Of a stretch of 64,000 nt of DNA, positions 28,401-36,710 are shown in pieces (the stretch's first letter is position 1; each line of letters starts with the position of its first letter). The translations under genes were made by a program, and so were the position numbers. The stretch comes from Schleiferiaceae bacterium (GTDB lineage Bacteria > Bacteroidota > Bacteroidia > Flavobacteriales > Schleiferiaceae). The notes under the pieces are model-generated. The model saw only the letters and a list, made by a program, of their open reading frames with translations, had not been told where the DNA came from and searched no databases. The DNA lies in NCBI GenBank assembly GCA_963715655.1, contig OY970262.1:2565236-2629235 (forward strand). Direction: 5' to 3'.

Positions 28401-30380
28401 AATGGTAGAAATACCATCAATAATTTTGGTGGTTTCGGTAGCATCTTCAATTTTAAGATTGCTCACAATTTCAATAAGCATTTCCAAGTCTTTAGAAACC
28501 TTATTAATATTATTTGCTAGGCGATTAGCATCTACCACCTTGCTAGTTTTTTCTACCGCTTCGCTTAGTTCACTCACTTTATCTCGATAAGGTGCCAAAG
28601 CTTCTTTTTTCAACAGAAATTTTACTGTTTGCTGAGAGGTATCTTGCGTTAACTTACTTAAATCAGCTTCGTAATTTTCAATAATAGCGTTATTCATGTA
28701 GCGCAAGTCTTTGAGGGAAAGCACCTCCCCTTTTGCAGCGCGTAAATTGCTCAAGCGTTCTACAAACTCATATATCGTTTTGGCGTTTCCGCGTTTAGCT
28801 TGGCTCATAACTGCATCTGCGGCAGCGGTTACTTCACCGGCTCTTTCAGCTGTGCTGCGCTTTATGCGCACTACTTTTTCAAACTCTTCTATGGCGCTGC
28901 TTGCTGCTTGTTTTATAGCCTGCAAAGGTTCACTTAACGTAAAGGCTTCTCCGTTACCCAACCAATGGTAACTATCTAAAATTCCGGTGGAAACTTTTAC
29001 TAAATCAATATACAAATTGCTGTAGCTATCTTCTTTACGGATAAGCTTTTGCACTTCTGCAACCTCAGCCATAGCCTGTACAATCTCTTTATTACCTAAT
29101 TTATACAAATACGATTTATGCTCCACCTCCACCGTTTTGTTAGGTGAATAAAAAGGTGTTTGCCAAATTTGAATTTGATGATGTTTTTTTTGCTCTTCTT
29201 CTGATTTAAAGAAGATTAGCTCTCCTTCCTCAAACAATGAAAAACCGTTACAAATAATGGGCGTTGCTACTTCTTGATTGATAATATTGTACGGTAAAAG
29301 TGCATAAAGTCCGGTGCCTTTTTGAAAGAACACGTAAATAAAATCTTCTCCGTTTGGCGAAACAATGCGTTTCTCAAAAAGCATGTTTTCCAGCTGATTA
29401 TCAAATAATTTTACCTCGCCCGTTTGAATATAATAGCCTTTGGCGAAAATAATTCCTTGGTCATCGGGCAACAGCACGCAAGAATCTTCTAAAGCATCAA
29501 CACGCACCGCCTTTTGTATTTTTTCATTATACACGATATAGCGAAACTTCTGCTCTTTATAAGGCTTTATCTTTAACGCTATAAGATTGCCAATCAGTGC
29601 GTAATAAATTTCCGCATCATCCAGCGTTTGGTCAGCATCATCCACCGGCTCTTCATAAATTCCTTTGCCGCTGTTGGTATTGTCTTCTATTTTAATGGTT
29701 AAATCTCCACCCACGGTTTCCACAAAAAGCTTATCCTCAATAGAAATATGCGGATGTATGCCCTTGCGCTGCATCTCGCGTACTACACGCTTCCATTTAA
29801 ATTCATGTTGATTAGGGAAAATATACTCGTGGTCACTACGGTTGTCGGCATACTTTAATGTGCTATCTTTTGCTTTCCCCCACTTAAAGGTTTTGATATC
29901 TTCGGTAGTTTTACCCACCTGAAACACCATAAAAATATGACCGCCTATTTCGGCAAACTTGCTAAAACGTGTATCTCTGTAATATTTATAGAGGTTGGCA
30001 AAGTCAATTAAAAAGGCTTCATCCTGTAAAAGTGTATTTTCCTCTTTATGGAAAGTATGTGCCTTAGCATCAAAGCGATACACGCCAAAAACATCCTCTA
30101 TATGCGTTTCTGTTTTAAGGCCCATGTGTACGTTGTAGCCAAATAGAAACTGATTATTGCCCAACGCAATCATATCGCGCGCCAAACAATTATTTTCGGT
30201 AGTAACGCGCTCTGTGGCGATTAACTTGGTTTCGATGGAGCCAAAAACTTCTTTTCGCGCTGCGTTGAGTTGCTGCACACGGCTGCGTAAATCAGCGCCA
30301 TGCTTCTCTAAACGCTCACGAATGATTTCATACGTACCGGCTTCTAAAGAGGTGTTTTTTTGAGTATTGCTATCGGACAT
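25458..30380 (-). CDS. Giant (1640 aa) coiled-coil protein with an embedded AAA+ ATPase domain near the C-terminal third
   Basis: Walker A LLLVSPPGYGKTTLMEYV, Walker B VMIYLDDIQHC, and a sensor-1-like VAVVMAGNP. Long predicted coiled-coil segments lie N-terminal to the ATPase. Co-directional and directly downstream of the pspA-nfeD-flotillin genes. Confidence 0.7.
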   Translation of the reverse strand: MSDSNTQKNTSLEAGTYEIIRERLEKHGADLRSRVQQLNAARKEVFGSIETKLIATERVTTENNCLARDMIALGNNQFLFGYNVHMGLKTETHIEDVFGVYRFDAKAHTFHKEENTLLQDEAFLIDFANLYKYYRDTRFSKFAEIGGHIFMVFQVGKTTEDIKTFKWGKAKDSTLKYADNRSDHEYIFPNQHEFKWKRVVREMQRKGIHPHISIEDKLFVETVGGDLTIKIEDNTNSGKGIYEEPVDDADQTLDDAEIYYALIGNLIALKIKPYKEQKFRYIVYNEKIQKAVRVDALEDSCVLLPDDQGIIFAKGYYIQTGEVKLFDNQLENMLFEKRIVSPNGEDFIYVFFQKGTGLYALLPYNIINQEVATPIICNGFSLFEEGELIFFKSEEEQKKHHQIQIWQTPFYSPNKTVEVEHKSYLYKLGNKEIVQAMAEVAEVQKLIRKEDSYSNLYIDLVKVSTGILDSYHWLGNGEAFTLSEPLQAIKQAASSAIEEFEKVVRIKRSTAERAGEVTAAADAVMSQAKRGNAKTIYEFVERLSNLRAAKGEVLSLKDLRYMNNAIIENYEADLSKLTQDTSQQTVKFLLKKEALAPYRDKVSELSEAVEKTSKVVDANRLANNINKVSKDLEMLIEIVSNLKIEDATETTKIIDGISTIYAQFNRINATLRKKRKELLGKEGEAEFNTQLKLVNQGLTNYLDISDSPEKCEDYQNKLMVQLEELEGKFSEFDDFITKLTEKREQVYNAFETKKIQLVEARNKKSVALYESGKRIISGIKKRLLNFKEQKDINAYYASDLMVDKVRDITKQLLGIDDVVKADDLQSQLKTAYEDASRQLKDKQELFVDGENIIQLGQHAFNVNTQEIDLSMVQRNSNMFFHITGTNFFEQINDTEFLTTKAVWSQSLVSENDTVYRAEYLAYALFKEAQNISNQVDDAIKELDTLHQLTQKELQKYIQQRMALRYEEGYIKGVHDFDAALLLKQLLDFYFSIGLLRFSAEARVLAYLFWEHLLPKKEKAQWEVQFDNIKKIVQVFPGSTSFENTVLELREAIANVQPQPTFSTTILHEEAAQYLFQRLVYETEFSFSWEAWHLVEEFNTHLKKKRNMRLFEEVLKAESENVIKRMNLVMSWLNSFLQEQRLNVEASEIREAATILMSARIAPPTEHKVMLSAEVSGLAGDHPLVVDGKLTVHFSKFMLRLAHFSTVDVPRYKLYTETKKQLLAKAKADLRLSEFKPRVMSSFVRNQLINEVYLPMIGDNLAKQMGAAGDKKRTDLMGMLLLVSPPGYGKTTLMEYVANRLGLVFMKINGPAIGHEVTALDPGSAKNSAAREELEKLNLAFEMGDNVMIYLDDIQHCNPEFLQKFISLCDAQRKVEGIYKGVSKTYDFRGKKVAVVMAGNPYTESGEKFKIPDMLANRADTYNLGDVIGGKAKAFELSYIENSLTSNDILAKLRTKSAKDVYTLVQIAETGEQEGVTFESNHSPEEIKDYLAILEKMLRVRNAILSVNQQYIDSAGQADAYRREPPFQLQGSYRNMNKLVEKLNPLMNDQELETMVLSHYENEAQTLTSGAEFNFLKFKELQGWLSAEEKSRKEEILEVFQRNQKRQGLGGNEMGVLLEQVEAVAKGLQGISKAIEGKGDT

Positions 30381-30483
30381 TTTTTTGCTAGCTGTTAATC
30401 TGTTTTTTATTTGGAGGTTGCGATATTTTTAAATGACTTTCGAGTAGAGATGCATTGCAAATGAAATTAATACTAAACTTTAG

Positions 30484-30690
30484 GTTTTACAACCATGCTT
30501 CGATACACCTCGTTCCTCGGCACTCAGCATGACATCCGTTTGTCTATTAAAACCAATAAAAGCATTTTAAACATATGCACTTCATTTTAAAATTTTTAGT
30601 TTAAAACATTTTAGGGGTAAAAACCATGCTTCGATACACCTCGTACCTCGGCACTCAGCATGACATTCGTATATTAAAACCAATAAAAAA
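30484..30690. repeat. Two ~70-bp direct repeats in the flotillin-to-giant-ATPase intergenic region
   Basis: aaccatgcttcgatacacctcgt(t/a)cctcggcactcagcatgacat.cgt...ttaaaaccaataaaa occurs at ~30486 and ~30617. Each copy contains an internal catgct/agcatg stem. Confidence 0.6.
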
Positions 30691-30911
30691 AACAATGACA
30701 GCGCAACGGATTCAAACGTGTTTTCTAACGCTTCAATTTTCTTCATGGTTTTATTGCCTTATAAGAAATTATCCCACTGCGCCAAGGCGCACGAATATTT
30801 GAACGCGTCTAGTTAAAAAATCAAACTAAGAGGTAGCTCCTAAAAAAACTATAAGCTTCTCACTATTTCCCAATTCGTCATTCCAAATTCTACATTCGTC
30901 ATTTGTTTTCT

Positions 30912-33089
30912 CTAAACACTAATTCCTAAGCTACTTGCAGTTTTATTACCCATACCACTACTTTGCGCCAAACTCATTAATTGTTGTAACAAGCCTTTTT
31001 TCTCGGGATCATTAGTTTGTGCTAAAAGCCTAACTAGCAACGCGGTGATAGAAAGATTTTTAATATCCTCGCTGTCTAAGTCGCTTTCTTTAATCAAGGT
31101 TTTGATTTTATCTACCATGGAAACACCATCAGCATTGTCTAGCAACTGAGTTTTTACTTTAGAGAAAATCTCACTGTTGTTTACCGTACGGTCAAAGGCT
31201 TTACCGTTGCTAATGGCACCCACAATCTTATCAAAGAATACATTTTCTCCGCCTACAATATCAATTTTGGCCGACCTTAAAGCGGTAGCTAACACTTCGG
31301 CTTGTGCATCTGCAATAGCTTTTTGAATATTGATTTGTGCCAATTCCACTTCCTTATCTTTTAATAAGCGTAATTTAAATTCTTCATGATCTTTACCTAC
31401 ACCATCTAGTTTTTTCATAGCCGCAGCTTTACGATCAATACCTTCTGCTTCCGCATTGTATTTCTCTAAGCTTACGTGCGCTTCCGCCAATCCTTTTTCT
31501 TTATCAGCAGCAGCCTTTTTAGAAATCACCTCCGCTTCGGCTAATCCTTTTGCTTTATTTACATCTGCCGCAGCATTACCAAGTTTTAAATCTGCTTCTG
31601 CTTGAGCCAATGATTTTGCCTCAATACCTTTTGCCTCTGCCAATGCCTGATCTTCTAATACAGACGCTTCGGCTTCCCCTTGCTTTTCACGTGCTTCAGC
31701 CTTAGCCTCCATCACTTTCGCTTCAGCTAATCCGCTTGAAGCAAACCGTGCCGCTTCCGCTTCAGCTAAAGTTTTAATGGCTTCCGCTTTTTGCACCGAT
31801 GATTGTTGTTCTGCATCAGCATCAATAATTTTTTGCTTGGCCAAGAATTCAGCTGCTTGCTTAGAGGCTTCGGCACGTTTTATTTGCTGCACCAACGATG
31901 CTTCCGCTTCTTCTTCCGCTTTGGTTATTGCCACTTTTTTGCTGCGCTCTGCTCCTGCAAAGGCGCGTGTATCATTTATCCGCTCTTCCTCATCTACCAC
32001 CGTTTTTTCAATGGCTACACGCTCGCGAATTACTTCTTGAATGTTTTTCTTTTGTTCTTCTACCGCTTTTTCCTTATCAATCTGTGCTAGTGTTACAATC
32101 CGTTCACGCTCGGTGGCCTCTAACATCCTATCCTTTTCCACACGCTCCGTTTCCACAGCCTCCGTGCGTTCTTTAGATTTTGATGCCACAATAACTTGAC
32201 GCATTTTATTCTCTTCGGCCACCGCAACTTCTTCATCGGTTGCTATACGCGCACGCTCAGATTTTAATCGCTCCTCTTCATTTACCCGTTTCGTTTCTGC
32301 ATCTTCTCGCGCTACAGCATTCGCTACTTCACGTTTTTGTTTAGCTTCCGCTTCTGCTAGCTGACGCTCTAAAACCAAGATAGCCTCACGCGCTTCTACA
32401 TCCTGCTGCTTTACCGTTTTTTCTTTGTCGCGCTGAATAAAATTAGCTTTTACAGCTTCCTTGGCGGTGATTTCGGTGATCTTTTTAATACCCTCTGCAT
32501 CTAAAATATTATTAGGATCGAGAGAACTTAATGGCGTTTGTTCTAAGAAATCAATAGCCGCATCATCCAGCACATAACCATTTAAGTCGGTACCAATAAT
32601 GTTGATGATTTCTTTACGGAATTCATCACGTTGGTTGTACAAGTCAACAAACTCAAACTTTTTACCAACGGTTTTTAAGGCTTCTGAAAATTTAGCATCA
32701 AAAAGTAAGCGCAAAGCATCTTTAGAAGAAGCCCGGTTGCAACCCACTGCTTGTGCCACCTTTTTAACATCTTCTACCATTTCGTTTACACGCACAAAAA
32801 AGGCCACTTTTATATCTGCACGTAAATTGTCTTTACATACTAAGCCGTCTTTACCATCGCGTTCAATGGTTATAGTGCTCAGTGAAATATCCATTACTTC
32901 TAGCCTGTGTAAAACAGGAATGACCAGCATTCCATTAAAAGAGACTTTAATACCCCCCACACCTGTACGCACCAGCGCTTGACCTTGTGAGGTTTTATGG
33001 TAAAAACGCGAAAACATGGCAATAATGCCAAAGACCAAGACTACACCAATAACAACACTTGTTATCATTGAATTTTCAAAAATTTCCAT
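30912..33089 (-). CDS. Flotillin / SPFH (band-7) family protein, YqiK-like
   Basis: N-terminal TM helix then an SPFH domain (QALVRTGVGGIKVSFNGMLVIPVLHRLEVMDISL), followed by a long Ala/Glu/Lys-rich coiled-coil flotillin tail. Confidence 0.85.
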   Translation of the reverse strand: MEIFENSMITSVVIGVVLVFGIIAMFSRFYHKTSQGQALVRTGVGGIKVSFNGMLVIPVLHRLEVMDISLSTITIERDGKDGLVCKDNLRADIKVAFFVRVNEMVEDVKKVAQAVGCNRASSKDALRLLFDAKFSEALKTVGKKFEFVDLYNQRDEFRKEIINIIGTDLNGYVLDDAAIDFLEQTPLSSLDPNNILDAEGIKKITEITAKEAVKANFIQRDKEKTVKQQDVEAREAILVLERQLAEAEAKQKREVANAVAREDAETKRVNEEERLKSERARIATDEEVAVAEENKMRQVIVASKSKERTEAVETERVEKDRMLEATERERIVTLAQIDKEKAVEEQKKNIQEVIRERVAIEKTVVDEEERINDTRAFAGAERSKKVAITKAEEEAEASLVQQIKRAEASKQAAEFLAKQKIIDADAEQQSSVQKAEAIKTLAEAEAARFASSGLAEAKVMEAKAEAREKQGEAEASVLEDQALAEAKGIEAKSLAQAEADLKLGNAAADVNKAKGLAEAEVISKKAAADKEKGLAEAHVSLEKYNAEAEGIDRKAAAMKKLDGVGKDHEEFKLRLLKDKEVELAQINIQKAIADAQAEVLATALRSAKIDIVGGENVFFDKIVGAISNGKAFDRTVNNSEIFSKVKTQLLDNADGVSMVDKIKTLIKESDLDSEDIKNLSITALLVRLLAQTNDPEKKGLLQQLMSLAQSSGMGNKTASSLGISV

Positions 33090-33110
33090 TTTTTAATTTG
33101 GTTTAATTAG

Positions 33111-33761
33111 TTAATCTACAGAATAATATGGCTCAATAAGATATACTCCCGTTGTGCCAAGTAATTGAATGAAAAGCACATTATCTCCTTTTTTAACTTC
33201 CGTGCCTTCGCGGGTAAGGATATAAAACCGCAAAAAGGAACCTTCATAATTTACCTCCGCCATACCCTTACTATCATGCGAAGCAGAAGTAGTGACAGTA
33301 CCTACCTTCCCTATAATTTCTTTTACCTTGCTATCTTCATCAATGGTATTAAAAAATTTAACGAACGGCCAGGTTAAAAACTTAGCAATAAACAAACTCC
33401 CGATAAGGGCTGGCAAAAAGACAATAAGGCCAATAATAAAATTACTGTTACCTAAAAATCCGTTTACGTTTATACAAATTATCCAAAGTGGAAGGGTTAA
33501 AAAGCTCAACCAAATCATCACTGGAATTTTGCCCAAGTTGAAAAACAACAGCACATTGTTAATCCAAGATATATCGGCAGTAGCTGTTGCACCTGTATCC
33601 ATATCCGCATCAAGGTCGGCATCTACCTCTAGGTCAAAGTCTAAAAAGTCGGTGCCTAAAAGCCCAAAAATTACAATTATCCAATAGAGGATAATGAAGA
33701 GGAGCAATGCCGTGGGAATAACATTGGCTCCGTTAAAAATAAAATCAACAAAGTTGCCCAT
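33111..33761 (-). CDS. NfeD/YqiJ-like (DUF1449-type) membrane protein with C-terminal OB-fold
   Basis: TM helices with acidic DxD repeats (DFLDFDLEVDADLDADMD) and a C-terminal beta-rich segment (GKVGTVTT ... GMAEVNYEGSFLRFYIL) typical of NfeD partners of SPFH proteins. Confidence 0.6.
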   Translation of the reverse strand: MGNFVDFIFNGANVIPTALLLFIILYWIIVIFGLLGTDFLDFDLEVDADLDADMDTGATATADISWINNVLLFFNLGKIPVMIWLSFLTLPLWIICINVNGFLGNSNFIIGLIVFLPALIGSLFIAKFLTWPFVKFFNTIDEDSKVKEIIGKVGTVTTSASHDSKGMAEVNYEGSFLRFYILTREGTEVKKGDNVLFIQLLGTTGVYLIEPYYSVD

Positions 33762-33763
33762 GG

Positions 33764-34501
33764 CTAGGAAGAGGCATTATCCGCCCCACTATCCTTTTTA
33801 TCTAAACCCAACTTTGCTTTTAAAGCAGCTAACTCGTCCGTTGCTTTGGCATCAGCAGCACCTTCCACTGCTCGGTTTAGTTCTTCATCAATGCTTCTGC
33901 TTTCATTGGCTATATCGCCATAGCTTTCCGCTAATGCCTCCTCTTGTAATACTTTTTCCTTCATACGTTCTAGCATACTCACAGTTCCGCTTCCATCAAT
34001 TTGCGCCATTTGCTTATTGATGTTTTTTGTAGCTGAGCTTACTTTCACTCTTGCTTTAAGCGTTTTTAGCTCATTTTCATATTGGCTAATTTGGTTTTTT
34101 AAACGCTTTATGTTTGCATCCATAGTTGCAATATTTCCGTCAAATTTCTCTTTGTCTGCCTTACTACGTGAAATATCTGCTATGCTATGCTCTCTTTTTG
34201 CAAGCGCCTCAGTAGCCAGTCTGTCTGCTTCCGCTGCATCCATATCACCTTTAGCACCACGCTGCAAAATAACTACTGCTTTTTGCTGATAATCTGAAGC
34301 TTTATCCTCACTTATCTTCATATCGTTGCGAGCTCTTATGCTCAACGCTTTAATTTCTGCTAGTGCATGTAACGCCTGATCTAGGTCTGCCTTTAAATCA
34401 CGGATTCCTTGTTCCGTCATTTTTATTGGATCTTCCAATTTATCAATTGCAGAATTCGTTTCTGCTTTACCAATGGAAAAAAGTCTTTTTAAAATACTCA
34501 T
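33764..34501 (-). CDS. pspA: PspA/IM30 family protein (phage-shock protein A-like)
   Basis: 245 aa all-helical coiled-coil protein starting MSILKRLFSIGKAE ... LEDPIKMTEQGIRDLKADL, characteristic of PspA/Vipp1. Confidence 0.85.
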   Translation of the reverse strand: MSILKRLFSIGKAETNSAIDKLEDPIKMTEQGIRDLKADLDQALHALAEIKALSIRARNDMKISEDKASDYQQKAVVILQRGAKGDMDAAEADRLATEALAKREHSIADISRSKADKEKFDGNIATMDANIKRLKNQISQYENELKTLKARVKVSSATKNINKQMAQIDGSGTVSMLERMKEKVLQEEALAESYGDIANESRSIDEELNRAVEGAADAKATDELAALKAKLGLDKKDSGADNASS

Positions 34502-34534
34502 GTGTTTATTTTTTGTGGCTTGTTAGCCGATTTA

Positions 34535-34969
34535 TTAATGTTTAGAAAAAGCGATTAACTCATCTGAGTATTCGCTTAATAAGAGGCTGAGAGAATTTAA
34601 TGTTCCCTCTAACTCGTTTAAATCTAAGTTCTCTAGTTGTAGCGTATCTCTAAAAATTACGCGAGAACCGTGTTCATCTAATGCAAATGCACCATGTACA
34701 ATATCTCTATTCTTAATCAGTAAATTTTTAAAAACCTCCATCGATTCCGATTTTAATTCAAATAAGAACTGCTCCATTACTAAAATGGGGTCAGCGCAGG
34801 CTATTACTAAATTTCTAATACCTGTGTTTTCACTTTCCACCACAAACACCGCTTCTTCGGCATTTTCATGTGTGATGTTAAACTCCAATTCCATTAAAAA
34901 TTCTTTAACTTTTTCGAAATGATTTGTCATACTTTGGTTTTTGAATACTGTAATAATTAAGTTTTGCAC
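34535..34969 (-). CDS. Small cytoplasmic protein, YjfI/YbjN-like (DUF2170-type), first gene of the pspA operon
   Basis: 144 aa acidic protein immediately upstream of pspA, the same order as E. coli yjfI-yjfJ. The assignment rests on synteny and size only. Confidence 0.35.
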   Translation of the reverse strand: MQNLIITVFKNQSMTNHFEKVKEFLMELEFNITHENAEEAVFVVESENTGIRNLVIACADPILVMEQFLFELKSESMEVFKNLLIKNRDIVHGAFALDEHGSRVIFRDTLQLENLDLNELEGTLNSLSLLLSEYSDELIAFSKH

Positions 34970-35141
34970 TGTTTACACAAGTAATTTAGCCTGTGTGAAA
35001 AGTGCTTCAATATAGAAATATCTGTTCACTTTGGCGGAGGATTTGGGCGATCACTAAATTCTTTCATGTTATTTTTATTAGTTTTACCCCGCTAAAATAC
35101 TAATAAATTTAGTTTAGCCAAAAATATTAGCATTTAATTTT

Positions 35142-35924
35142 ATGAGTACTTCTAAAATTGGTCACAACATTAAAAAAATACGTGGTGTTAAAAACCTTAA
35201 TCAAAGCGACTTTGCGGAGCTTTTTGATTTGAAGCGTGCTAGTATTGGCGCTTACGAAGAAGGTAGAGCGGAACCTAAAGTTTCTACTATTATACAAATA
35301 GCCAATCATTTTGGCATTAGCGTAGATGAATTATTAACCAAAGCCCTTTCAGTAAACGATTTAATTCGCTTTGACATTATTAAAGAGGATTTAAAAGCAC
35401 AAACCAAGCATAACTTATTACCAACCAAAGATTGGGTGGAACTGATACCTATACCCTTGTTGACTACTGAGTATGAAAAGGATTATTTAGACGGAAAGTT
35501 GAAAACAGAAACACTGCCTTATCTGCAGCTACCCTTAGCGAAAGGTAGAATGTACTTAGCGTTTTTCATAAATGATAATGCCATGCAAATAGCGCATGGC
35601 GGTGTACAGCAAGGGGATATACTAGTTGGTTGCAAACCTGAAAAATTTGATTTGGCTAAAGCTGAAATTGGCATGATGTATATATTTCAACTAAAATCTG
35701 AAATTATATACCGAAAATTGAATGTAAAAAACCTAAGCTCAGTAACGCTGACTGCCGATAATCCAAATGTATATTCTAAAACTCTAAAACATTCGGAAAT
35801 AAAAGATATTTGGCAAGTATGCCTACGCGTTACCAATAATATTAGCAATCAAAACTTGATGGAAAATAAATTGATGCAGCTTGAGAAAGAAATTGAACAA
35901 CTAAAAAGGATGAGCCGCTCGTGA
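35142..35924 (+). CDS. XRE-family HTH regulator with C-terminal S24/LexA-like domain (CI-repressor-like architecture)
   Basis: N-terminal HTH_3 (IKKIRGVKNLNQSDFAELFDLKRASIGAYEEGRAEPKVSTIIQIANHFGISVDELL). The C-terminal segment is S24-like (AFFINDNAMQIAHGGVQQGDILVG ... IYRKL), but the usual catalytic Ser is not evident: NDNAM replaces GDSM. Confidence 0.7.
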   Translation: MSTSKIGHNIKKIRGVKNLNQSDFAELFDLKRASIGAYEEGRAEPKVSTIIQIANHFGISVDELLTKALSVNDLIRFDIIKEDLKAQTKHNLLPTKDWVELIPIPLLTTEYEKDYLDGKLKTETLPYLQLPLAKGRMYLAFFINDNAMQIAHGGVQQGDILVGCKPEKFDLAKAEIGMMYIFQLKSEIIYRKLNVKNLSSVTLTADNPNVYSKTLKHSEIKDIWQVCLRVTNNISNQNLMENKLMQLEKEIEQLKRMSRS

Positions 35925-36607
35925 AAAACACCTTAATAGAAATTGAGAGATTGCTTAGTGCCGCCTTTGCAGATTTTGTGCTGAGCAGAAAAGAACGTAG
36001 CGACTTGCGTGAAGCGTTAAGCTCCATAACGTTAGAGTTGCGCGAAAAACAATTGCTGTGGCACTTTTGCAAAAGCTTAGCAGAAAAATCTGAAACCTTA
36101 AGTACCTACTCATCCATAGAATGGATGTACGCTTGTGGCAAACTATTGCAACAAACGGCAGAAACTCCCGATGCTGAAACGCAGGTTTATTTTTCACCGG
36201 GCACCGCTTGCCAAACGGCTATATGCAACGCCATCCGCTTTGCGAAAAGCAAAATAGACATTTGCGTTTTTACCATTAGTGACAATACAATTACCGATGA
36301 ACTTTTGCAAGCACACCGCTTAGGCAAGCATATTCGCATAATAACGGATAATGATAAAACCGAAGATCACGGATCTGATATTGATTTATTAGCGAATGCT
36401 GGTTTACAGGTAAGGGAAGACCGCACGGATGCGCACATGCATCATAAATTTGCCTTATTTGATAACGAAAAGTTACTTACCGGCAGTTATAATTGGACCA
36501 GATCTGCCATGACACATAATTTGGAAAATATTCTCCTTACAGATGATGAAAATGCCATAGGCCCATTTAAAAAGGAATTTAAACGTTTATGGGAAATGTT
36601 GAAGTAG
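35921..36607 (+). CDS. Phospholipase D-family (HKD) nuclease, Nuc-like, single HKD motif
   Basis: HKD signature HMHHKFALFDNEKLLTGSYNWTRSA. The GTG start overlaps the stop of the upstream regulator (cgtga). Confidence 0.7.
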   Translation: MKNTLIEIERLLSAAFADFVLSRKERSDLREALSSITLELREKQLLWHFCKSLAEKSETLSTYSSIEWMYACGKLLQQTAETPDAETQVYFSPGTACQTAICNAIRFAKSKIDICVFTISDNTITDELLQAHRLGKHIRIITDNDKTEDHGSDIDLLANAGLQVREDRTDAHMHHKFALFDNEKLLTGSYNWTRSAMTHNLENILLTDDENAIGPFKKEFKRLWEMLK

Positions 36608-36710
36608 ATGAATTTTTGTACTCTTTAATATTGAAAATTATCTAAAAACTCCTCTTTCCATCCCCTTGTGTCCCAACCTCCTTTAACAGATATTTGCCAA
36701 AATTTTTTCC

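Noticed and set aside
26371-32982. Multiple antisense ORFs (for example 26371-26646, 26728-27156, 28402-28971, 31777-32176, 32599-32982) within the giant ATPase and flotillin genes
   Set aside because: They lie opposite long, motif-supported CDSs. Their Ala/Ser/Leu-rich low-complexity products are typical of antisense translation of coiled-coil-coding DNA.
33165-34545. Plus-strand ORFs overlapping nfeD-like and pspA (33165-33377, 33292-33687, 33694-34020, 34017-34289)
   Set aside because: Antisense to a compact, well-supported operon. No motifs.
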